Source: Hypanus sabinus (Eukaryota). From it: a stretch of 64,000 nucleotides of DNA. Shown here piece after piece: positions 37,067 to 49,239 of this stretch. The notes under the pieces were generated by a model. It saw only the letters and a list, made by a program, of their open reading frames with translations, searched no databases and had not been told where the DNA came from. How positions within the stretch are numbered: position 1 is the stretch's first letter; every line of letters begins with the position of its first letter. Position numbers and translations under genes: made by a program. The stretch lies in assembly GCF_030144855.1 (NCBI RefSeq), contig NC_082739.1, positions 35,774,001 to 35,838,000 on the forward strand, in the 5' to 3' direction.

Positions 37067-37185
37067 GCACTATTTATTTAGTTTTTGTAACTTCCAGTCA
37101 TTTTAATATCTTACTGCTGCCACAAAACAACAAATTTCATGACATACATCAATGATAATAAACCTGATCCTGATTCTGATTCTGA
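37067..37185 (+). mobile_element. Rex1/Babar-type 3' UTR
   Basis: tactgctgccacaaaacaacaaatttcatgac...aataaacctgatcctgattctgattctga. Confidence 0.75.
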
Positions 37186-37214
37186 ATGTAGGTTTCAGTG
37201 CTTACAGAGGGGAA

Positions 37215-37572
37215 TTAATCCGTACTTTAAAAAGGCAGCAGTCCTGATAGTATTGTGATTGTTGAGAGTTAGAAGATCATAGGCTGAAATTCCACTTAAA
37301 AGGACTGACTCATACTCAAGTCTGACAGTGCTCTGCAGTACCTTGTTGGCAGTGTTGCCTTTTAGATGAGATATTAAAGTGGTTAACATAAAGGATACCC
37401 TGGTACTATTTCAAAGGACAGGGAGTTACCACTGTGACCTAGTCTCAGGAACAGATTACTAGGTTATTTTCTGCATACAAACTGTTTGCTTCTCACCAAA
37501 ATCAGTGACTTCAATGTCAAATACTTCAGCCTCAAAAGGACGTGGAAGGTTCTATATTAATGATGGTCCTTT
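37215..37572 (+). mobile_element. Ancient Deu-domain SINE remnant
   Basis: gccttttagatgagatattaaa...taaaggataccctggtactatttcaaagg resembles the Deu core. Confidence 0.6.
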
Positions 37573-37794
37573 CACATCCAGTAGAGAGGACAGACTGAGC
37601 TTATATAAAAGAAGGATTTGCTGTTAAACTATAACCCTGGACCACTAAAAACAGGATTACTTAAGAGCACAACACAATAGAAACAGGAACAGGAATTAGG
37701 GTCATGAGAGATCTTCTTCCTCAATTTCACCTTCCCTCACTGACCCCTCAATATCCAGAAATATTTCCATTTTGAAATACTTAACACTGCTTCT

Positions 37795-38270
37795 AGTTTA
37801 AAGGTTTATTTTGGTGTCAAAGTATGCATGTACAATACAACTCTGATATTCGTCTTCTCCAGATAGCCATCAAATACACATGAAAAGAAAAAGAAACAAA
37901 ACTTGCATACCCCAGAATCCCCCAACCCCGCCCCCACAGAAAAAACAGTGACAAAAGCAACAAATCTCCACCCCTTCCCCACAGAAAAAAACATCGACAA
38001 TAACAATCCTTGACCCCCTCACTCACAAAAAAGCAACAGCAACAGTAGCACCAAAAAAACCCTACCTCACCTCACCCACACACAAAGAACTATCAAATCA
38101 CCCACCCACCAATCAGCCACAGGAAAGAAAACGCCAAAAAACTGAAGCAGGCAGGCCAATATAAAGTACAGTCCAATCACATAAATCTCAGAATATCAAA
38201 CAATCTTTCCATGGTTCAGAACTCACGCCTGCAACGGTGGCCTCTGGTGGGAGCGAATGCTGACTGCCTG
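37795..38270 (-). repeat. Unclassified repeat with a Rex1-like 3' tail
   Basis: tttattttggtgtcaaagtatgcatgtacaatacaactctgatattcgtcttctc resembles a Rex1-type tail; internal short repeats ccccacagaaaaaac. Confidence 0.45.
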
Positions 38271-38443
38271 GGCTAAGATTACGGTTGAGTTGGAATAAAA
38301 CTATACTAAATAAACATTTTAAGAGATATTTCAACACATTTTATCCTTTTCTGCTATTGTCTTACAATGTTTGGCAGGGGGAGCACATATCGATTGTATT
38401 GAGTATAGAACTTTCCGTAAATGTTCCAAGGACATTGTTCCAA

Positions 38444-40036
38444 GTGATGAGTAGACTGATGGGACTGAAGGCTGACAAATCCCCAGGTCCAGTTGGTCTG
38501 CATCCTAGGGTACTAAAGGAGGTGGCCCTGGAAATTGCGGATGCATTGGAAATCATTTTCCAATGTTCCTTAGATTCAGGATCAGTTCCTGAGGATTGGA
38601 GAATGGCTAATGTTATCCCACTTTTTAAGAAAGGAGGGAGGGAGAAAACAGAGAACTATCAACCTGTCAGCCTGACATCGGTGGTGGGGAAGATGCTAGA
38701 GTCCATTATTAAGGATGAAATAGCGGCATATCTAGATAGCAGTGATAGGATTGGGCCGAGCCAGCATGGATTTACCAAGGGTAAATCATGCTTGACCAAT
38801 CTGTTGGAGTTTTTCAAGGATGCAACCAGGAAGTTAGACGAGGGAGATCCAGTGGATGTAGTGTACCTCAATTTTCAGAAGGCATTTGATAAGGTCCCAC
38901 ATAGGAGATTGGTGGGTAAAATCAAAGCTCATGGCATTGGGGGGGGGAGACATTGACATGGATAGAAAACTGGTTGGCAGATAGAAAGCAAAGGGTAGCA
39001 GTGAATGGGTGTTTCTCGGAATGGCAGGTGGTGACTAGCGGGGTGCCACAGGGCTCTGTATTGGGACCACAGCTGTTTACGATTTACGTCAACGATTTAG
39101 ATGAAGGCATTGAGAATAACATCAGCTGATGATACTAAGCTGGGTGGCAGTGTGACATGTGATGAGGATGTTAGGAGAATTCAGGGTGACTTGGATAGGC
39201 TGGGTGAGTGGGCAGATACTTGGCAGATTACCTTTAATGTGAATAAGTGTGAGGTTATCCACTTTGGGAGTAAGAACAGGAAGGCAGATTATTATCTGAA
39301 CAGTGTAGAGTTAGGTAAGGGAGAAATATAAAGAGATCTAGGAGTCCTTGTTCATCAGTCACTGAAGGTGAATGAGCAAGTGCAGCAGGCAGTGAAGAAG
39401 GCTAATGGAATGTTGGCCTTCATTACAAAGGGAATTGAGTATATGAGCAAGGAAATCCTCTTGCATTTGTACAGAGCCCTGGTGTATTGTGTACAGTTTT
39501 GGTCTCCAGGGTTAAGGAAGGACATCCTGGCTGTAGAGGAAGTGCAGCGTAGATTCACGAGGTTAATTCCTGGGATGTCTGGACTGTCTTATGCAGAAAG
39601 GTTAGAGAGACTGGGCTTGTACACGCTGGAATTAAGGAGATTGAGAAGGGATCTGATTGAAACATATAAGATTATTAAGGGATTGGACAAGATAGAGGCA
39701 GGAAATATGTTCTAGATGCTGGGAGAGTCCAGTACCAGAGGGCATGGTTTGAGAATAAGGGGTAGGTCATTTAGGACAGAGTTAAGGAAAAACTTCTCCT
39801 CCCAGAGAGTTGTGGGGGTCTGGAATGCACTGCCTCGGAAGGTAGTGGAGGCCAATTCTCTGGATGCTTTCAAGAAGGAGCTAGATAGGTATCTTACGGA
39901 TAGGGGAATCAAGGGATATGGGGACAAGGCAAGAACCGGGTATTTATAGTAGATGATCAGCCATGATCTCAAAATGGCGGTGCAGGCTCGAAGGGCCGAA
40001 TGGTCTACTTCTGCACCTATTGTCTATTGTCTATTG
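38444..40036 (+). mobile_element. Young 5'-truncated CR1, near-identical to 32790-34400
   Basis: Colinear with the first young copy except for small deletions and a poly-G frameshift; same TAG at 39713-39715. Confidence 0.97.
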
Positions 40037-40806
40037 ATACAGGATGTGATAAAGGGTAGGTGGATGAGCAGTCTGCATGGTTACTTCTGTGAGTCTGTGA
40101 CAACATCATTTACTTTTGGATGGTTCAGGTATATGTTTTAACATTAGTGTGTGCCTATATCAGATCTCTTTTGCAATGGGAAGATGACTGTCCCAGATTT
40201 TTGCAAGTTCCAAATCCATGATTCAGTCTTGATTTCAATTGCTAATTCTGGTAAAATCACAGCTTGAATGCTGTTTCACTTTCACCCATATCTCAACAAC
40301 AAGCACATACACAAATGGAATTTCCACACACATCCAAAAGAGTGGTGGGGCTGGAGTAGGACATCTGCAAGGAAATCCCTAAGCAATTTCTGCAATACTG
40401 GATATTCTGTGCATACTTCTGCTTTCTTTTCCAGTTAGTTAAAAATAACTTTTATTCGTATATAGCTTTCACCATTGACCCCAATGTTTACAAAGAACAG
40501 TCAGTGGTATAATAAGGACACCAACCAGTTTGCAAACTGATGATCAGATAATCTATTATAGGAATATTGGGTGAGGCATAAACCTTACCCAAGATGGTGA
40601 GAAGAGATTCATTGCTCTTCATCCAATGGTATTACCACAGAAAATTAAACAAGATTCTCATAGTGGAAATCTAAAGTAAAAACAGAAATAGCTAGAAATA
40701 CTCAGCATGTCAGACAGCATTTGTGAAGGGAGAAAAAGAGTTAGTTTTTCAGGTTGAATACCCTCCATAATAACTTGGAAAGAGAGAAAGCAAGTTAGTT
40801 TATAAA

Positions 40807-41120
40807 GGGGCACCACAGTAGGTTAATGGTTAGTGTGATGCTCAAGGCATCGGAGTTCATAGTTCAATTCCAGCACCCTTTGTAAGCAGATTTTTTTTTA
40901 CATTGCTTCGCATGTGCGTGTGGCATTTCTCCAGGTGCTCCGGTTTCCTTCCACAGTCCAAAGATGCACCAGTTAGTAGGTTAATCAATCATTGTAAATT
41001 GTCCTGTGATTAGGCCAGAGTTAAATCTGTAGATTGCTGGACAACTTCGTCTGTTGGTCTGCAAGGGCCTGTTCCATGCTGGATCTCTAAATAAATAAAA
41101 TTTAAAATAAAGCAAAAAAA
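40807..41120 (+). mobile_element. V-SINE
   Basis: tRNA-like head, V domain ggtgctccggtttccttccacagtccaaaga, CR1-like tail aagggcctgttccatgctg and an A-rich end. Confidence 0.85.
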
Positions 41121-41969
41121 TAAATGTTTAACCTTCCAGCAGAAGTGGCCATTTTAATGCCAATGGGAAAAGCAAGTTATTTAACATTGTCTGATATTGG
41201 TATTTTCCATTGATTTAGGCACCAGGACAGATTGAAGAGGTCAGGGTGTTGGGGCCCAAGGTGAGGGACAGGGTGGTTCAGCTCACTGCCCCTCTATGGA
41301 CAGACTCTCTTTGTGGACTTCAGTCATTTACTTGCATGATTTTTTTTTCTCTGCACATTGGGTGTTTGGTGGTCTTTTTTTAATGGGTTCCCTTTGGTTT
41401 CTTTGTTTCATGGCTCAAGGGTTAGGGTTGAAGCACTCTTTGGTTCAAAGGTTGAGGTAGTTATCCTACCATATAGTTCCTTTCCATTAATTCTTGGATC
41501 CTGCTTTAAGATTACCTCCATGATGCATATGTTAGAGTCTAAAACCCTAGGATTTCCTAGTCCTTCCTCTAACATTGGAGATTGTCCCTTAACCTTTTTC
41601 TGTAGCATTCCCATTGCTTAAATATTTCCCTAATGTCTTGGTGACCAGAGTTGGACAAAACCAGAAAGGAGCACTACGCCATTTGAGCAAAGTGCTGATA
41701 ACACTTAGCTGGGCAGGCAGCATCAATGGAGGGAGAAAGAGGTAATGTTTCAGGTTGATTTCTACTTCGCAATTGGCCATTCTCCCTGATGTTTAGCAGA
41801 ATCAGTATCCAAAAAAAATGATCAGGACTACATGAGGAGGGCAACTCTGCTGGTTTCATTCAGGCCCCAACACCACCTCCTGGGGTATGATGGAAAATTC
41901 CATGAATGACTGAAGGTCAAACATTATCCAAGTAGTTCAATAGCACCCTCTGATCTGTATTCCACTTTA

Positions 41970-42820
41970 AGCATTGCTTCTATCCACCACACTTGGGCCG
42001 CAGTGTACATGCCGCAATTCACAAAGGCTTCTTCAACTGCACCCGCAAACCTATGATCTCAGGTGCAAAAGGAACAGGGCAATGGGCACATACTTGCCCT
42101 TCATGACACAGGCTCTCCCAATCCCGACATATATTGCACATCCTTCACTATCATTGGATCAGCGTTCTGGAATTTACTGCTTTTCACATTGTGAAAACAT
42201 CTCTATTTCACAAACTGGAGAGCTTCAAGATCTGCCAACCCTTTCCTGAGAGCCGAAGGGATGACCAGCATGACCAACAGATGTTTTGTTACAAAAATGA
42301 ATTCATGAACAATGCGGAATTTGACTCTGGCTTTGAGGGAGAAGCCAGAGAGTGGCAATGGATGGTTGTCTCTCTGACTGGAGGCCTGTGACTAGTGGAG
42401 TGCCACAGGGATCGGTGCTGGGTCCATTGTTGTTTGTCATCTATATCAACAATCTGGATGGAAATGTGTCTCATTGAGGCCACTTGAATATTGAAAAATT
42501 TACATAGATAGAATGGATGTCAAGAGAATGTTTCATATAATGGGGGAGTCTAGGACCAGGGGGCACAGCCTCAGAATAAAAGAATAGGCATCTCTTTAGT
42601 ACAGAGATGAGGAGGAACTTAAGCTAGAAGACGGTGAATTCATTGCCACAGATGGCTATGGAGGCCAAGTTATTTGGTATGCTTAAAGCGGAGATTGATT
42701 AGTAAGAGCAAGAAGGCAGGAGATTGGGGTTGAGAGGGTTAATAAAACAGGCATGATGGAATGGCAGAGCAGGTACGATGGGCCAAATGGCCTAATTCCG
42801 CTCCTCCGTCTAAAGGTCTA
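41970..42820 (+). mobile_element. Fragments of two CR1-group LINEs (~41970-42290 ancient; ~42338-42820 RT and 3' end)
   Basis: tggaggcctgtgactagtggagtgccacagggatcggtgctgggtcca ([16 protein letters not shown]) and a CR1 tail. Confidence 0.75.
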
Positions 42821-44405
42821 AATAGTCTTATAGTCTACTAGGCTATGGAACATACAATCTGTAAGTGATAGAATCTGAGTCAGGAGCAAATTTTAGACAA
42901 GAATTCCAGTGTTCCAGAGATAGAGAAATGGAGTGGCTGGTGCAAAGAGCTGGTGGTGTGATGGGCCAAGTGACTTCTTCTGTGGTGCTGGGCTCTTTAA
43001 CACACTGAGGGCACTAACAAAATGCTTTCACAAGGAGTAAAGCAAGTTCTATCTTTAGAGGTCTCCATCTTACTTGGTCAGGTTTGAAGTGGTCACACTT
43101 GTAAGTGCCCATCAGCCAGGTGTTTATCCTCTCTTCTTGTTGACACTAGTGCATCAGCAGCCACAACCAGGCAATGTGGCCATCAGATCAACACGTCAAG
43201 TGGTGGATCCCGTCCGATCAGGTCAGGCGCAGCCAACCACAATGTGTAATAAGATCAATCATCGGTGTTGGTCTAGGTCTGTGCGCCGTCCGCACTCCCT
43301 CCCGCTCACAGGAGACACAAACTGCCTGTTGCTCTTTTGCAAACTCATTCTCCGTTACCCCTCTCCCACCTCCTCGCCCCTCCCCCTGCACACAGACACA
43401 GGGAGCCGAACACACTGAATAAAAAGCTGCAGGAATTTTGAAAACTCCAGTATGAACTCAATGGGCATTGTTCTCTGTTTGGAACGTCAGTGAGCAGTCA
43501 TCTGTTAAATAGAGGGCCATTCAATGGCCTGGCCTATTTCCCTGAGAAGGCTTTCATTTCCCATTGGCCGCAGACAATAACCAGTATTGTGGAAGGCTGT
43601 GGCCTGGGGATTTTACTTGTCCTCCTCTCTAAGGAATTCCAATACGCTGTCAACTGCTGTTAACATCTCGGCCTCTGGCGATAAAATGCAGTTATTAGTT
43701 AATAAGCAGATCATTGTGGACAAACAAGGTCTCTCGGACAATCCCGGGCCCCCATTATTCCCCACACTCTGCTTTGATTTCAGATTCTCCCCATGATTAT
43801 TTTGCTTTTAACTGATTTTCATTTTCCCAGCTGCATAACCTTTCTAAGTTTATTCACATTTTATAAACTCCTCGGCAGTGTGGAGAATGCTGACACAGTG
43901 CACAGTGGTTGAAAGGGGAGAACACCCACACCCCCCCCTCCTCCACCCACTGATTAAACATCACCAGGCATTGGGTCAGGACTTGCTTTTCCGTTCCACT
44001 TCTCCCTCATTCCCTGAAGGTGCTGCCGCACACGGAGTTACAGACGTATCGTAGAATCTCAGCCTAGAAGAACACTGCAGAGCCACCCCAGAGGCTGACC
44101 CTGGGTGCTCGTATAGGCCAATTGCTCAGTTGTCAAGCTGGAACAGACAAATCTTAGTGCTGTTTTTAGTCAATGTTTGAATGCCTTGAAACCTGGAACT
44201 CTTCACTCAATTCTGCTTGCTTTCACCTTTCTCAGTTCGGACCTCCCTTTTTGCCACTCTGAGGCTGGATGGGATGGTGTTGGCTTCAGCAGAAATGAAG
44301 TTGCTCCCAATGTCCGTCACAAGCAACCCCAAAGATCCTGAGTAGCGATGATCACTCACAAATTTGAAACCGAGGTGTGCCATGTAGAAGACCCCACAAA
44401 CACTT

Positions 44406-44636
44406 CAACACACACAAAATGCCGGAGGAACCCAGCAGGTCAGGCAGTATCTATGAAGGCAAATGAACACTTCACGCTTCGGCCCAAGATCCCTTAACAG
44501 GATCATAACTCCTAATGCAGGGTTGTGGCCTGAAATGTTGGCTGATTATTCCCCTCCATAGATGCTGCCTGACCTACTGAGTTCATCCAACATGTAGTGT
44601 GTTACTCAGGATTTCCAGCATCTGCAGAGTCTCTTG
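44406..44636. mobile_element. Palindromic Penelope-derived element: two inverted terminal repeats with hammerhead-like remnants
   Basis: Arms 44406-44502 and 44510-44603 are imperfect reverse complements around a 7-nt loop; the right arm extends as ggatttccagcatctgcagagtctcttg. Confidence 0.8.
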
Positions 44637-44860
44637 GGTCCACGAAGATTGCACCTCTCATCATTCGCCCATAAATAGACTTGCAAAGCCCACACGTATC
44701 CCTGAGCAGGGTTTATCTGTGCAGGGTGAATGACAGGGTCACATGATCATCCTTGTTGCTGTTGCTGTTCACATTCCTTCACACTCTCTGCCAACTATTT
44801 GTTAGTTCCAGGCCACAAGACAAAATGATTTGCAAACTCGCCCAAAATGAAACTTTTAAA

Positions 44861-45115
44861 TTATTATTACTAAGATACATCGCAGAATAGGCCTTTCTGG
44901 CCCTTCGAGCGACCTACCTAGCAAGCCCCTGATTTCTTTTTAACACTAGCCTATTCCCAATTCACAATGACCAATTAATCTACCAACCAGTACGTCTTTG
45001 GACTGTGGGAGGAAACCAGAACGCCCACACAGTCAAACTCCTTACAGGCAGCAACGGGAAGTGAACCCGGGTCACCTGTGCTGTAAAGCATTGTGCTAAC
45101 CACTATGCTACCGTG
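44861..45115 (-). mobile_element. V-SINE
   Basis: tctttggactgtgggaggaaaccaga (V domain, reversed) and tRNA head gaacccgggtc...ctaaccactatgctaccgtg. Confidence 0.85.
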
Positions 45116-47587
45116 GAAACATAGAAAACCTACAGCACAATACAGGCCCTTCGGCCCACAAAGCTGTGCCGAACACGTCCTTACATTAGAACTACCCAGG
45201 CTTACCCGTAGCCCTCTAATTTTCTAAGCTCCACGTAGCCATCCAGAAGTCTGTTAAAAGACCCTATCCTTTCCACCTCCACCACTGCTGCCAGCAGCCA
45301 ATTCCACACACTCACCACTCTCTGAGTAAAAAACTTACCCCTGACATCTCCTCTGTACCTGCTTTCAAGCACCTTAAAACTGTGCCTTCTCGTGCCAGTC
45401 ATTTCAGCCCTGGGAAAAAGCCTCTGACTATCCACACGATCAGTGCCTCTCATCATCTTGTACACCTCTATCAGGTCACCTCTCATCCTCCGTCACTCCA
45501 AGGAGAAAAGGCCAAGTTATTCTCAACTTATTCTCATAAGGCATGCTCCCCAATCCAGGCAACATCCTTGTAAATCTCTGCACCCTTTCTATGGTTTCCA
45601 CGTCCTTCCTGTAGTGAGGCGACCAGAATTGAGCACAGTACTCCAAGTGAAGTCTGACCAGGGTCCTATATAGCTGCAACATTACATCTTGGCTCTTAAA
45701 CTCAATCCCATGATTGATGAAGGCCAATGCACCGTATGCTTTCTTAACCACAGAGTCAACCTGCGCATCTGCTTTGACTGTCCTATGGACTCGGACCCCA
45801 AGATCCCTCTGATCCCCCACACTGCCAAGAGTCTTGCCATTAATGCTATATTCTGCCATCATACCAAAATGAACCACCTCACACTTATCTAGATTGAACT
45901 CCATCTGCCACTTCTCAGCCAAGTTTTGCATCCTATCAATGTCCCATTGTAACCTCTGACAGCCCTCCACACTGTCCACAACACCACTAACCTTTGTGTC
46001 ATCAGCAAATTTACTAATCCATCCCTCCACTTCCTCATCCAGGTCATTTATTAAAACCACAAAGAGTAGGGATCCCAGAACAGATCCCTGAGGCACACCA
46101 CTGGTCACTGGCCTCCATGCAGAATATGACCCATCTACAACCACTCTTTGCCTTCTGTGGGCAAGCCAGTTCTGGATCCACAAAGCAATGTCCGCTTGGA
46201 TCCCATGCCTCCTTACTTTCTCAATAAGCCTTGCATGGGGTACCTTATCAAATGCCTTGCTAAAAGCCATATATACTATATCTACGGCTCTACCTTCATC
46301 AATGTGTTTAGTCACATCCTCAAAAAATTCAATCAGGCTCGTAAGGCACGGCCTACCTTTGACAAAGCCATGCTGACTATTCCTAATCATATTATGCCTC
46401 TCCAAATGTTCATAAATCCTGCCTCTCAGAATCTTCTCCATCAACTTACTAATCACTGAAGTAAGACTCACTGGTCTATAATTTCCTGGGCTATCCCTAC
46501 CCCTTTCTTGAATAAGACAACAACATCTGCAACCCTCCAATCCCCTGGAACCCCTCCTATCCTCATTGATGATGCAAAGATCATCTCCAGAGGCTCAGCA
46601 ATCTCCTCCCTCGCTTTCCACAGTAGCCTTGGGTACTTCTTGTCAGGTCCTGGTGACTTATCCAACTTGATGCTTTCCAAATGCTCCAGCACATCTTCTT
46701 CCATAATATCTACAAGCTCAAGCTTGTCAGTCCACTGTAAATCATCCCTACAATCACCAAGATCGTTTTCCGTAGTGAATGCTGAAGCAAAGTATTCATA
46801 AAGTACCTCTGCCATCTCCTCCAGTTCCATTCACACTTTTCCACTGTCACACTTGATTGGCCCTATTTTCTCACGTCTTATCCTCTTGTTCTTCACCTAT
46901 TTGTGGAATGCCTTGGGGTATTCCTTAATCCTGTCCGACAAGGCTCTCCTAATTTCATTCTTAAACTCCTTCCTGCTAGCCTTATAATCTTCTAGATCTC
47001 TATCATTACCTAGTTTTTTGAATCTTTTGTAATCTCTTCTTTTCTTCTTGACTAGATTTACAACAGCCTTTATACACCACAGTTCCTGTACCCTACCATC
47101 CTTTCCCTGTCTCATTGGAACGTACCTATGCAGGACTCCATGCAAATATCCCCTGAACAATTGCCACATTTCTTCCATACATTTCCCTGAGAACATCTGT
47201 TCCCAATTTATGCTTCCAAGTTCCTGCCTGATAGCCTCATATTTCCCCTTACTCCAATTAAATGTTTCCCTATCTTGTCTGTTCCTATTCCTCTCCAATG
47301 CTATGGTAAAGGAGATAGAATTGTGATCACTCCAAAATGCTCTCTCACTGAGATCTGACACCTGACCAGGTTCATTTCCCAATACCAGATCAAGTACAGC
47401 TTCTCCTCTTGTAGGCTTATCTACATTATTGTGTCAAGAAACCTTCCTGAATACATCTAGCAAACTCCACCCCATCTAAACCCCTCGCTCTAGGGAGAAG
47501 CCAATCAATATGTGGGAAATTAAAATCTCCCACAACAACCCTGTTATTATTACTCCTTTCCAGAATCTTTCTCCATATCTGCTCCAC
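45116..47587 (-). mobile_element. 5'-truncated CR1 LINE (EN plus RT, several disruptions)
   Basis: ORF 45476..46540 has [26 protein letters not shown]; EN has GDFN and SDH; tail ttctatgtttc. Confidence 0.95.
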
Positions 47588-48539
47588 AGAGACTCCGAAG
47601 ACAACCCCATAAGAAACTGTGTCAGAGTAATTGCCCGTCCTTCTGACGGGTCCCCAGAGAACCACACCACTCTGGGTGTTTTGCTCATAACTTCCTCTGT
47701 AACCTGGTAATGAGCTCATGTTCACAACCTGAATGCTGGATGTGCTTATACATCTGCAGAAAGATAAGACCTTGAGTCATGAGTGGAGAAGTGCCCATGT
47801 ATTGCAACTCTGACATTATCTCAGCTAGTATTGGTGCCTCATGTGAAGGTGTACCAACTGACAATCGACACTGGGCATACACATTATACTTCAGAACGTT
47901 GTTACATATAACTGTCTTTGAGCTATCCCCTTGTATTCACTAAAAACAATCCACAGGGGTTTGTGTTTCTTCAGAAACATAAATGTCTGACTGTACAGGC
48001 ACTCATGGAAGTTCATCACTCTGTAGATATTAGCCAAACACTTGTTGTGAATAATGTTGCTGCTGGTTGGGAAGAAATCCAGATGCAAATCTATCCCCAT
48101 CCCCAAACAATGTGATTAAACAAGACTAGAGTGAGGAGCAGTCGTCTATGGGTCCTGGTGAACCAGAACCTGTGAGCTCAGCAGGAACTGCCTCAGCTCT
48201 CAGAACACAACTTCTTTTCTCTCCTTCCCTCCCATGTCATGATTCAGCAGTTAGATGTCCTAACACTTTGCTTAAAAATGGCAAAAATTGCTCAGAGTGA
48301 CGAAGAAAGCCCATGTAGGCCTTCGTTCTGACTCAAGTGCAACCAACACCTCATTAACTTTCTCCTCAGATGAGTGGGGACCAACAATCTCATCTGAAAC
48401 AGCAAAAGCACACTGGTCTTTCCTCAACTGTGATGTTATTAGATTTGCTGACCAAGAAGTTCTCAACTCAAATGAAGACCTGAAGCCCTATCGGATATAA
48501 ATGGCTATGAGCACTCTTGCTAAAGGGAGATTATACGGT

Positions 48540-49235
48540 AGCCCTCTCACCGAGCTTGTATACAAACCTGGCTTATTAGCTAACTCTGCTAACAGCCACA
48601 TGTCTCAGCGGTGAGAACACCTTTCATAGGCAATATATGTCTAAGATCAGGATGATTTGGGGTTCAACCAAACAGAAACATTGGGATGTTCCAATTAAAG
48701 GAACCTCAATTTGAGCGAATGCTGTGTAAACACTGCCTGTACACAGTTATTGGTAGCCCAGAAATGACAGATGATGCTCTAGCATAAAGTTATAAAGTAT
48801 ATTTACCATTTTTCAACTTTATCAAACATTTAACAGAGAAAGAAAAAGATGAAAGGTCCTATTACAGTTAAAACCAGTCGAAATGTGCACATAAACATTA
48901 CAGCTCATTTCTCTAGTAGTCGGGGCTGTATCACTTTACTCGTGCTAGACCTACCATCTGTGTGAAAACACCTACCACAGTCTGAACTTCCCTCAAAGAC
49001 TCTCTCGAATGAACTGGCTCCCTCTCTCAGGAGTATTGGCCCTTCCTCCTTAGAGTCATTCATCTGCACAAAGCACTTCGTGTAACGGGGTCTCTCTTTC
49101 CAATAGCATTCTGTGGCATCTTCCTGGTGCCCCACTCTGCAGCTCCCGCAAAAGACCCCAAATCAGACTACTGTCTTTCAGAAATCTGACCCTGTCCAGT
49201 TCTCAAGAATATTCCATGCCATCCCACTCCTTTTA
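48540..49235 (-). mobile_element. LTR-like remnant related to the solo LTR at 53142-53677
   Basis: Reverse complement of 48840-48908 (atgagctgtaatgtttatgtgcacatt...aataggacctttc) resembles 53397-53450 (atgagctccaacttgtgcacatt...aatgggcccttttc). Ends are unclear. Confidence 0.5.
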
Positions 49236-49239
49236 TAAT

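Noticed and set aside
38285-38956. Chimeric ORF with a novel N-terminus fused to RT
   Set aside because: Chance open flank (TTG start) upstream of a truncated CR1 that frameshifts at a poly-G run.
47590-47760. Minus-strand exon after the good acceptor tcttatctttctgcag
   Set aside because: No convincing donor, no recognisable peptide, and the open frame runs into a CR1.
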